From the NCBI GenBank assembly GCA_001873845.1, contig MNZY01000237.1:1-42453 (forward strand): a DNA stretch of 42,453 nt, written 5' to 3'. Below are positions 32,601 to 39,636 of the stretch, piece by piece. How positions within the stretch are numbered: the stretch's first letter is position 1; each line of letters opens with the position of its first letter. A program made the position numbers and the translations under genes. The notes beneath the pieces were generated by a model. The model was not told where the DNA came from and did not search any database. It was given only the letters and a program-made list of their open reading frames with translations. The stretch comes from Candidatus Altarchaeum sp. CG2_30_32_3053 (lineage in GTDB: Archaea > Altiarchaeota > Altiarchaeia > Altiarchaeales > Altiarchaeaceae).

Positions 32601-35600
32601 GCATTTACAAATGTTTCAGTTGTTAAATCAGCAAATCCAACATCTGCACAGCCAGGAGATTCAATTAACTTTACTATAAATGTAACAAACAATGGCGGAA
32701 ATACTGTTTACAATATTAAAGTTGATGATATATTACCTTATGGATTTAATCCTAATTGCACGACTCTATCACCACATAATTATTGTAATTGTAATGAATC
32801 AACAAGAAAAATAAACTGTACATTTCCAAATTCAACAGTATTAAGTGTTATTTCTGCAAATGTAACAGTTAATTCAAGTGCGAACCCATTAAGCACAAAT
32901 ACAGCAAATGTTTCTTATGACTTGCCAAATGGAACAACCCAACAAACAGATAATCCTGGACAGACAACAGTAACAGTAAATAAGCCAAATTTAACTATAC
33001 AAAAAACACCAAACAATCCAAAAGCATCAAGAGACCAAAACATAAGTTTTGAAATAAGAATTAAAAATATTGGTACTGGAACCGCACATAATATATTAAT
33101 ACAGGATGTACTTCCTTCTGCGAATATGCGGCATATAAGCAATGGAACTAATGTTAGTGGATGCTCGCAATCAATAATTATAGCAAATCCGCTCAATACA
33201 AACACAACAACATTTACTCTTGATAATTTAACAGCAGGACAGGAATGTATATTTAATTATACTGTTTATATAGATGAAAATATTAGTGATGGTAATTATA
33301 CAAACATTGCAACTATTACAGGGGGTAAATTTGGAGATGATTCATATATGGACTCAAGTTATGGAAACAACAGTAACAGCAATGCGACAGTAGAAGTAAC
33401 GACAACAATAATTCCATCCATAGAAAAGATTCCATATAATGATAAAATGCAGCCAGGAGATACGATAAACTTTACAATAATTATAAAGAACAACGGGAAT
33501 AATGACTGGAAAAATGTTGCAGTTAAAGATGTATTGCCAGCAGGATTTATTTATAACAATACAATTAATGTTACACCATCAACAGGAGGTTATACAAATA
33601 TAACATACAATAGTACAACAAGGGAATTGAATTATACTGGTGTAACTGTTCCTAAATTTGGAAACTGGACAGTAATTGTTGTTGCAAATGTTACTTCAGG
33701 TGCATCATCCCCAAGCACAAACAGAGTTAATGCTTCCTCTCCAGATAATAGATCTGTTGCAACAGTAGCAACAGTCGTAGTTGACAAGCCAGCACTAATT
33801 GTATCTAAGGAGCCATTACTTTTAACATATCTTCCGGGAGATAATGCAACATATAGGATAAAAATAACAAATACAGGAACAGGAGATGCGTTTAATGTAA
33901 CTATGGAAGATGCTTTTGCAGATTTGAAATTTTATCATAATGGAAATGAGAGTATAAGTATTGCTCACTGTGGAACTAACAATAATACGAATGTTTCAAT
34001 AACAAGTGGAAATGGAACAAACAGTGCAATTTTTGCATTAAATGATACGCTTGCAGGACAGGAAAATTGTGAATTTACCTACACAGTTCGAGTGGACGAG
34101 CGTCACGAAGATGGTTTATACGCAAATAATGCAAAAGTAAATTCAACTATGGGTGATGGGACAAAACTTCCTGTTGCAGAAGATAGCGCGCAAGTACTGA
34201 TTAAAGCAGATGTTTCAATGAGAGTTACGAAAACATCAAATGCAACAGATCAAAAAGTAAATGCAGGTGATTATATTAACTTTACAATTACAGTATATGA
34301 GAATGGAAATAGTCCAATCTATGATGTAAATGTTTCGGATACTGTGCCTTATGGATGTGTTGTAACAAATGTCACAAATAATTCAAATGTTAATGGTTCA
34401 TGGGACGGAAGAAATGTGAATTTCATAATTGGAAAGATTAATAACAGGAGCCATGTTGATTTAAATATAACCTGTTATATAAATCATTCAATGACTAAGG
34501 GATGGAATACAAATAGTGTGAGGGTAGTAGCCAAAAAGCCAAACGGAGATGAAATTTATGGAAGTGCTTCAACACAAATCAGAATGTTATTGCCTGATAT
34601 TTCCTGGACAAAAGAATCATTAAACAAAACTATCCTTGCGGGACAAAAGGTAACATATAAAATAAAAGTGACAAATAAAGGTGATGGAACAGCACATAAT
34701 TTAACAATTGTGGATTATTTGCCCAAAGGTGATGAAGGAAACTGGACTTATGCAAGTGGAACAAACATAAATGATTCCTGTGGTTATAACTGGAATGCGA
34801 CAAATGTAAGCAATGATGGAAATATAGTAAAATTCTTCCTTGACAAGATGAACGGTTCTGAAAATCCGGCAGGAACAGAATGCGCATTTACCTTTGAAGT
34901 TCAGATTCCACATGGAACGACATCTGTAATGTACGCAAATACAATAGGTGGAAACTGGAGTTATGGAGATATTAACAACAATACACCAAAAGCAACAAAC
35001 TACATTTCAAACCAGACGCCAGGAGAAAGTAATGTCTATGTATATGCTGGAGGAGGAATAATCATACAAAAGGAAAGCGATAAAGAAGTTTACCAATATG
35101 GTGATATAATAAATTACACAATCACAGTTTATAGCAACGGAATTCCAACGACAAATTTAACAGTTACGGATGTAATTCCAAAAGGATTAAGGCTTACAGA
35201 ATGTCCGGGAAGTGCTAAAACAGAACCATCTGCGAGCTCACCTACAACACCGTTTATAGATTTTGCAAATAATAGTTTTAATTATTCAATTACAAATACA
35301 TTGATTGCAAAACTTTCAGCTGTAAACAATAATACAAATATTCAGGAAAATGATACTGTATTGTGGACTGCAAATATAACAAATGATGCAGTTTCAAATG
35401 CGACGATGACAAATGTTACGCTTGTTTACAGTTTTGGAAATGATTTGAATGTTACTATGAATACTACTAGTCAGGGAACATGTACAAGAAATAATGATAC
35501 ACAAGTTACATGTAATATTGGAGATATTGCACTAGGAAATACCGTACAGGTAAATATAACAACAAATGCCACCAACAACACTTCAGTAAATGGAACGCCA

Positions 35601-38168
35601 ACAGTAACCTACAATGCCACTGCAGCAGGTAAAACAAATACGAGTTGTCCATCAATGATCGGAAATGGCAATGTAAGCACTTGTTCAATAACATCTACCG
35701 GGACAGTAATACTTACAAAAACAGCAAATGTGTCTTATGTTCAACCAGGTGAAAGTATAAATTACACTATAACCATCAATAATACAAATGCTGATGTAAA
35801 TATGACAAATATTGTTATTGAAGACATACTGCCACCAGGATTTACTTGTAATAATGTTACAGGATATAGTGGATGTGATTGTGATAATATAACAAATTCA
35901 AATTGTAATCTTGGAAATGGAAATAAGACAATCAACATAATTGCGACTGTTAACAGCAGTGCAAATAACAACACAGCATACAACAATGCAACAATTACCT
36001 ACAATATTACAAGTTTGCCAACAACACAAGAAGGTCAACCTATTACAGTTAGCCAGCACACAACAGTATTCAAACCAGATCTTGGGGTATGGAAAAATAA
36101 CAACATGACGAATATAACGGGAAACAATGTTGCAAATGATGATATGAATGTAACCTATACAATAGTTGTTGTAAATAACGGAGGGGGCGATGCAAAAAAT
36201 GTAACTGTTGAGGATGTGTTACAATCTCCACTTTATCATATAACCGGAGTGGAGAGTGTGGAATGTACAGGCAATACCACATCAGTTACAGTAACTAACA
36301 CATCAGTTGGAACCAATGAAATGAACTTCACATTTAATAGCATAGAAAACGGAACAAAATGTAAGATAACATATAAAGTAAATGTGCCAAGATTTACTAA
36401 TACCTTAACATACACTAATAATGTTACGATAGTGAATGGAACATTTGCAAACGACGAACCTTTGACGGCTGATGAAGGCATAAATAAGACGGACACTTCT
36501 AACTTAATAGTAGCGGGCAAATATGTACATATCTGTCAATTTACCTATTCACAAGGTCCAAATAGTCAAAGTGTTTTTCATATCAAGGCAAAAGTGACAG
36601 AAGACATCTCGGATCAACAAATAACAAATACAGTAAGAGTTAACGGAACCCTAAACAAAGGAACATCTGGGGAAATACCATTATATGCTGAATCCACAAA
36701 GTCGGTCAATTTGGAAAATCCAAATGTAAGCATAGTTAAATGGGCAGATACAGCTGATATAGAGCCGGGACAGGAAGTAACATTCTATGTGCAAATACAG
36801 AATCCATCTGAGACAAATCTGATAAATTTGAGTATTAAAGATATATTGCCAAAGGGTTTTGAATATGTGCATAATAGCAGCAAATTAGAGGGGCAACTGT
36901 TTAATGAATCAAACAGTGCGATATTCAATGTTACTCCAGAAATTTATAATGAATCAAATAACAATACACAGCAAAATATAACCTGGAATGTTAGTAATTT
37001 ATTGCCAAAGACAATTAAACTATTGACTTTCAAAGCAAAGGTAAAATGTAATATTACAGAAGGAGAAAAGAATACAAACAACGTTTGTATTAATGGAACA
37101 ACACACGATGATGAAAGAGTTGGAGCATGCACGAACTACACGATGACAGGACACCTTGCACACCTAACAATAAACAAATATGCTGACAAGGATAAAGTGA
37201 AATGGTTTGATGTTGTTGAATATACTATAGCAATTAAAAATCCAGCGCTTGGTTCCGCTCATTCCATATTGAAAGAAATAAATGATACAATGGCAAAGAA
37301 TTTGAAGTATATCAATAATTCTGCAACAATCAATGGAGAGGTAATTGAACCACAAATTATTGGAAACTACACCGATGGAACAACATTGATATGGAACGGT
37401 TCAAAGATAAATGATACAGCTGTCTGGGTTGGAACAAAGGTTGTTTTGAAATACAGGGTTTTGATAATGCCAGGCTTAAACGGAATCCTTGACAATAATG
37501 TATCATTGGAATACTATGACCCCTTGCCGGGGCACTTTGATCCAGAAGCAGTGTTTAAGGCATCATTTAGAAGTGCCATAGTAAGAGACGGATATGCGCC
37601 AAAACAAAATATTGTTTCAAGCGGAAATGTGAATCTGTTCCTCGGAGATGAGATAAATACACCTGTGACAACTACTACTACAATACACCTGAAACAGGGA
37701 TGGAATTTGATTTCATTACCAATTCAACCGGAGGATACAAATATAGATATGGTTTTGAATAGCATAAAAGGCAAATATACGGATGTGTTCGCTTATGAAG
37801 ACAGATGGGTTTACAAGAGCGAATATATGAATAAGTGGTTTGGCGATTTGAGTAAATTAGAGGCTGGAAAAGGATACTGGATTAAGGTCAACGAAGATTG
37901 CAGTTTAACAATTAACGGAATTATAGCCAAGAGTGCGAATATATCTTTGAAGCAAGGATGGAATTTGGTTGGACCATTGGCAACAACAGGAAAAAGTATT
38001 TCATTGGACAACCTCAATGTGCAATATACAGATATATTCACTTATGAAGACAAATGGGTTTACAAGAGCGAATATATGAACAAGTGGTTTGGCGATTTGA
38101 ATAAATTAGAGGCCGGAAAAGGATACTGGATTAAAGTTGAGAACAATGAGGAGCAGCTTGTTATGTGA
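26610..38168 (+). CDS. Giant (3852 aa) secreted DUF11-repeat surface protein with ~265-aa two-domain super-repeat and C-terminal twin module; alternative start at 26808
   Basis: 11.6-kb ORF. Met67 (ATG 26808) begins a classic signal peptide, MIGYRTSLKLGGIFALIVGLIFIFSAVNVSA|GG. The next segment, CCCYAGSCLNEINDTANVS, aligns with the start of the mature 2118-aa protein. Many units resemble IRPGQDVNYTITVKNTGGGTAYNISIRD and AQPGDSINFTINVTNNGGNTVYNIKVDDILPYGF. Confidence 0.95.
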   Translation: MDRKNLLKGNDFFGNLKNSGILALVVIGVVLMFLMSSLMFLASGLNRILNFNKNNINLLKNFKIYKMIGYRTSLKLGGIFALIVGLIFIFSAVNVSAGGCCCYAGSCLNEINDTANVSAANAYLKVDKFVDKDIVQVGDTVGYTIIVRNLGNTTAYDVTVNDTLPIDISSVTLGDINYIYNINGNGEIPTCQFLSTTNNESGKVLYCKINKIPKKDETGANVTIFFGAKVTQHTNAPINHTNNVSVNGFYTPCSDTNGNILKEDGTCPCTNLTNCNQVYGVSDIATVQTDQDGSNGYNGLRDNATVWIVGIDVTKYATTNSTLQAGDEVVFHITITNTGDLQVCNITVHDRLPSALEFVDSSPENSSPVTGRDVYFNLGCLNGSLSTTINITTKVSTAATTLSSLSNFVEVNGTVYNASGNATDINVTDDYTTPPQYFDNETGTNQTPQIGKATLSLNKIAMDPWTRPNREIKYRVEVDTGGAMVYGAQITDHLPGAFQYMNNIIQLNDGECTPNSTTSSNSTGEVIFNLGNFTGKCIFEYTVYVPWNTKDGYYRNNQTLTANDKNNQTLANVTDNAPVIVDGNTRLTVNKDVVNPRIFQPNDIIEYTLTVSNEGDNEIHDVNVTDLIPYGMNYSSSWLEGGNVYIPGYDEAAIGSPACQITSQTCNTTHCNVTVGCCNNEIYTYNDIPNGTSQTGSASCTNYNVSCNNSNPPSCTISNSSTSTVQIIGDLKYTDPSKGYKAIWHFDIIGAKTTKVIHLNLTITSDSVGGSSMNKVEVTGITPNGDVLLWKDIASSARIGKANLLIEKSSDTATIAAGEEVTYTIRVKNIGEGYAQNITIKDEPGSQMQLGAISMASCNGGSLLSEKYEGGPATNYGDSVTYILKNVSLAPGKECVINYKAYTASTSQEGLYVNKATLNWRDMFGTEQMALSTTAAVMILPPDALMSIRKQSNATRAQPGEKLNYTITIENKGNETLRDVIINDTLPDGFKNLSQAYWGNFNCSNMPNGTCVRDINSDKSNYTGEGIGGFTTVTLSIEAIVTSNTTEGLNTNKVTITAKRPSGTPVKGSSSHILQVNKPHISITKWASTTMREPGQNVTFYIEVKNTGAGDAKNITITDDATPFEHIGNVSVVSGDCTVNKSGDGNITTFWINDNGTFNAYKTCIFKYLMKVPANTPDGTYTNNASLSYQDLNNTEFSKSAGTDVLVTINLFPDVEKIANDTSLQPGDRVNFTINVRNYGSATMTNGTVTDTLPPGFRCLNASGITNGINCSCVNDTTAICNLTDLVGNTISNPLSMWVEAKVNGSATEGSNENNVSLNGTRPDGLPINRTTEAKVFVNEPKPQLEIYKWTDTIKATPNSTVIYYILVKNTGDGDVYNLTINDTMDFGSITNYSTIPNGSADCNTSTKSCNISHLSSAGQCQIKLIALINENATDGTHNNTVNVSGFMKGGTEINKTKLNDTESINVEADVKLTVTKKANTTEVNAGDNVTYTVIVRNDGVNRVMVNVTDNAPLGFTCVNKTPNESVWINGNSLETFTFECNVNSSATQGNNTVVVNGVAENNQTFDANGTTTIVLNTPKLEIIKEAVTGTVEQNGIATYKIIVRNTGTAPVKNISITDRGDGGGGTFTTALGGPSLDTAASTGCTGVNSGGLYLSNSSPHYHEVNFTTNGTMNPGQQCVFTYTLTVNSTAQIGNYTNNATITGAYHPVDNSSYTPTPEPKDNATIRVIPQMNVSFTKTGNATAEPGQSVTFTINITNNNAGANMTDVVFNDTLPDGFNCTSNSTQRIPANTGPNINCSCDGRQINCNIETIENSSTVIINITADVNSSAELSSTNRANVTYNVTNTTLITSEASHTVTILKPQLSVLKENNATGVIRPGQDVNYTITVKNTGGGTAYNISIRDVLDDGLTHTSVSNISCNGLTNSSTGTNAIDFNISSLANNSNCKFNITVHVPEQVNNSVFGNTINITDAQFGDGTHLNSTYGIGENATSDITVQAFTNVSVVKSANPTSAQPGDSINFTINVTNNGGNTVYNIKVDDILPYGFNPNCTTLSPHNYCNCNESTRKINCTFPNSTVLSVISANVTVNSSANPLSTNTANVSYDLPNGTTQQTDNPGQTTVTVNKPNLTIQKTPNNPKASRDQNISFEIRIKNIGTGTAHNILIQDVLPSANMRHISNGTNVSGCSQSIIIANPLNTNTTTFTLDNLTAGQECIFNYTVYIDENISDGNYTNIATITGGKFGDDSYMDSSYGNNSNSNATVEVTTTIIPSIEKIPYNDKMQPGDTINFTIIIKNNGNNDWKNVAVKDVLPAGFIYNNTINVTPSTGGYTNITYNSTTRELNYTGVTVPKFGNWTVIVVANVTSGASSPSTNRVNASSPDNRSVATVATVVVDKPALIVSKEPLLLTYLPGDNATYRIKITNTGTGDAFNVTMEDAFADLKFYHNGNESISIAHCGTNNNTNVSITSGNGTNSAIFALNDTLAGQENCEFTYTVRVDERHEDGLYANNAKVNSTMGDGTKLPVAEDSAQVLIKADVSMRVTKTSNATDQKVNAGDYINFTITVYENGNSPIYDVNVSDTVPYGCVVTNVTNNSNVNGSWDGRNVNFIIGKINNRSHVDLNITCYINHSMTKGWNTNSVRVVAKKPNGDEIYGSASTQIRMLLPDISWTKESLNKTILAGQKVTYKIKVTNKGDGTAHNLTIVDYLPKGDEGNWTYASGTNINDSCGYNWNATNVSNDGNIVKFFLDKMNGSENPAGTECAFTFEVQIPHGTTSVMYANTIGGNWSYGDINNNTPKATNYISNQTPGESNVYVYAGGGIIIQKESDKEVYQYGDIINYTITVYSNGIPTTNLTVTDVIPKGLRLTECPGSAKTEPSASSPTTPFIDFANNSFNYSITNTLIAKLSAVNNNTNIQENDTVLWTANITNDAVSNATMTNVTLVYSFGNDLNVTMNTTSQGTCTRNNDTQVTCNIGDIALGNTVQVNITTNATNNTSVNGTPTVTYNATAAGKTNTSCPSMIGNGNVSTCSITSTGTVILTKTANVSYVQPGESINYTITINNTNADVNMTNIVIEDILPPGFTCNNVTGYSGCDCDNITNSNCNLGNGNKTINIIATVNSSANNNTAYNNATITYNITSLPTTQEGQPITVSQHTTVFKPDLGVWKNNNMTNITGNNVANDDMNVTYTIVVVNNGGGDAKNVTVEDVLQSPLYHITGVESVECTGNTTSVTVTNTSVGTNEMNFTFNSIENGTKCKITYKVNVPRFTNTLTYTNNVTIVNGTFANDEPLTADEGINKTDTSNLIVAGKYVHICQFTYSQGPNSQSVFHIKAKVTEDISDQQITNTVRVNGTLNKGTSGEIPLYAESTKSVNLENPNVSIVKWADTADIEPGQEVTFYVQIQNPSETNLINLSIKDILPKGFEYVHNSSKLEGQLFNESNSAIFNVTPEIYNESNNNTQQNITWNVSNLLPKTIKLLTFKAKVKCNITEGEKNTNNVCINGTTHDDERVGACTNYTMTGHLAHLTINKYADKDKVKWFDVVEYTIAIKNPALGSAHSILKEINDTMAKNLKYINNSATINGEVIEPQIIGNYTDGTTLIWNGSKINDTAVWVGTKVVLKYRVLIMPGLNGILDNNVSLEYYDPLPGHFDPEAVFKASFRSAIVRDGYAPKQNIVSSGNVNLFLGDEINTPVTTTTTIHLKQGWNLISLPIQPEDTNIDMVLNSIKGKYTDVFAYEDRWVYKSEYMNKWFGDLSKLEAGKGYWIKVNEDCSLTINGIIAKSANISLKQGWNLVGPLATTGKSISLDNLNVQYTDIFTYEDKWVYKSEYMNKWFGDLNKLEAGKGYWIKVENNEEQLVM
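37683..38165 (+). other. C-terminal twin module of the 3852-aa protein
   Basis: IHLKQGWNLISLP...GKYTDVFAYEDRWVYKSEYMNKWFGDLSKLEAGKGYWIKVNEDC... then ISLKQGWNLVGP...YTDIFTYEDKWVYKSEYMNKWFGDLNKLEAGKGYWIKVENN. The second copy starts at 37941. Confidence 0.85.
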
Positions 38169-38201
38169 TCCATAACAAGTTTTTTATTTTTTTATTTTTT
38201 T
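38155..38201 (+). terminator. Hairpin plus long T-tracts; intrinsic-terminator-like element enclosing the stop codon
   Basis: cttgttatg (38157-38165) pairs perfectly with cataacaag (38171-38179). The loop is tgatc and contains the TGA stop. Runs of T6, T7 and T7 follow (38180-38201). Confidence 0.6.
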
Positions 38202-38273
38202 AAATTTTTTCTTTTTCTGTTTCTTTTTATTCTGTAGAAATTTTAATAAATTTTTAAAATAGGATTTTATGAA

Positions 38274-39557
38274 ATGAATAAATTTTTTTTATTGGGAGTT
38301 TTAATAGTTTTATCTTTGCTTATGCAAGAGATATCAGCAGAATGTAATGCAACAGTTTGGGGAAAAATTGGCTTTTCTGGATGTAATAACAGTGCGGCAA
38401 TAAATGCAACAATCCAAATAATGAGCGGATTCAAACTATTAAATTCCACACAAACAGACGAAAATGGAATTTATAACACAAGTATTTCTTTTAACGGCAC
38501 ATCAAAAAACATAAGTATAAGAATGATGAAAAAGAACGAAATAAAAACATATTATGACCTCACAATTAATTGTGAGGATAATATTTCTAAAAATCACTCT
38601 ATTATTAAAGAACCAATACAATATTTTAGCGGGAATATTAAAATGATTGACAACGGTGATTTTAAAGATATTAATGAAACAGACAAAGTAGAAGTAGAAG
38701 TACATTTAAAACTTATTTTAGAGGATAGTAAAAATGTTAATGCGTCAGAAAGTATAAATTCTACCATAACAAGCAAGGGCAGTTATACTTATCGACTATC
38801 CCCAAATAGTTTTTATTGTTCTTGGCCAACAAAATTATATTTATGGGCAGAGCCAACAGAAAATTATTATTATAGAATATTTGATTATGAATATTTTGTT
38901 GCTATCAATTCTTCAAATTATACATCATTAGCAATTTGCAGCTATGATCATAATCCAATAACAAAAGATTTTATCAGATTTCCGCGAAAAAGTGTCAATG
39001 ATAACTGCAGTTACATTGATGAATGCAAAAGCAATATTTGTAATCAAATTTCTCACACATGCCAATGTACGAGCAATTCAGATTGTGCAGATAGTCAGAT
39101 TTGCAATGCAACAAAACAATGTCAAAATTTAATTTGTTCACCACCAAATGGAAGTGTTTATAATCATACCTGTGTGAATTGCACAGATAATGCAACTTGT
39201 GGAGAGCAATTTTGTAATTTAACTGTACATGCTTGTCAACCAATATATTGCACAGGAGATGATTTATGTCGCAGTAATCAAATTTGTTGTAATACAACAA
39301 TGATACATCATCAATGCAAAAATTTGCATTGCTTTGACAATCAGAGGGCATTTAATCATACATGTGTTAATTGCAGTTCATTTGATTTTGATAATAATAA
39401 CATAACAGATATTTTTGATGCTGTTTATCTTTTAGAATATATTAGTGGCGAAAAAAAAGACATTTCACCAGACATTTCACCAGGATGCGCAGATGTCGAC
39501 AATAATGGAATCGTTGATTTATTTGATGCAGCATATATTTTATATTATTTATTATAG
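38274..39557 (+). CDS. Secreted modular protein: CarboxypepD_reg-like N-domain, Cys-rich knot repeats, C-terminal dockerin
   Basis: 427-aa ORF. The signal peptide is FFLLGVLIVLSLLMQEISA|EC. TQTDENGIYNTSISF is typical of carboxypeptidase-regulatory-like beta-sandwiches. The Cys-rich repeats include DECKSNICNQISHTCQC, SDCADSQICNATKQCQNLIC and others. The dockerin at the C-terminus is listed separately. Confidence 0.85.
   Translation: MNKFFLLGVLIVLSLLMQEISAECNATVWGKIGFSGCNNSAAINATIQIMSGFKLLNSTQTDENGIYNTSISFNGTSKNISIRMMKKNEIKTYYDLTINCEDNISKNHSIIKEPIQYFSGNIKMIDNGDFKDINETDKVEVEVHLKLILEDSKNVNASESINSTITSKGSYTYRLSPNSFYCSWPTKLYLWAEPTENYYYRIFDYEYFVAINSSNYTSLAICSYDHNPITKDFIRFPRKSVNDNCSYIDECKSNICNQISHTCQCTSNSDCADSQICNATKQCQNLICSPPNGSVYNHTCVNCTDNATCGEQFCNLTVHACQPIYCTGDDLCRSNQICCNTTMIHHQCKNLHCFDNQRAFNHTCVNCSSFDFDNNNITDIFDAVYLLEYISGEKKDISPDISPGCADVDNNGIVDLFDAAYILYYLL
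39381..39554 (+). other. Dockerin-type module (two EF-hand-like Ca-binding loops, each followed by a helix)
   Basis: DFDNNNITDIFDAVYLLEYI and DVDNNGIVDLFDAAYILYYL both place D/D/N/D/D at loop positions 1, 3, 5, 9 and 12, as in the type I dockerin consensus D.N.DG.V...D...L. The two loops are separated by a 17-residue linker at the extreme C-terminus. Confidence 0.75.
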
Positions 39558-39564
39558 TTTTTTT
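39558..39564 (+). terminator. T7 run immediately after the stop codon
   Basis: tag is followed by ttttttt. Oligo-T termination is plausible, but the context is AT-rich. Confidence 0.3.
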
Positions 39565-39636
39565 AATTTTATAAAATATAAATTTAGTAATAATTTTTAA
39601 AATTATTTGTTGTATATTTTAATTAATTATATTAAG

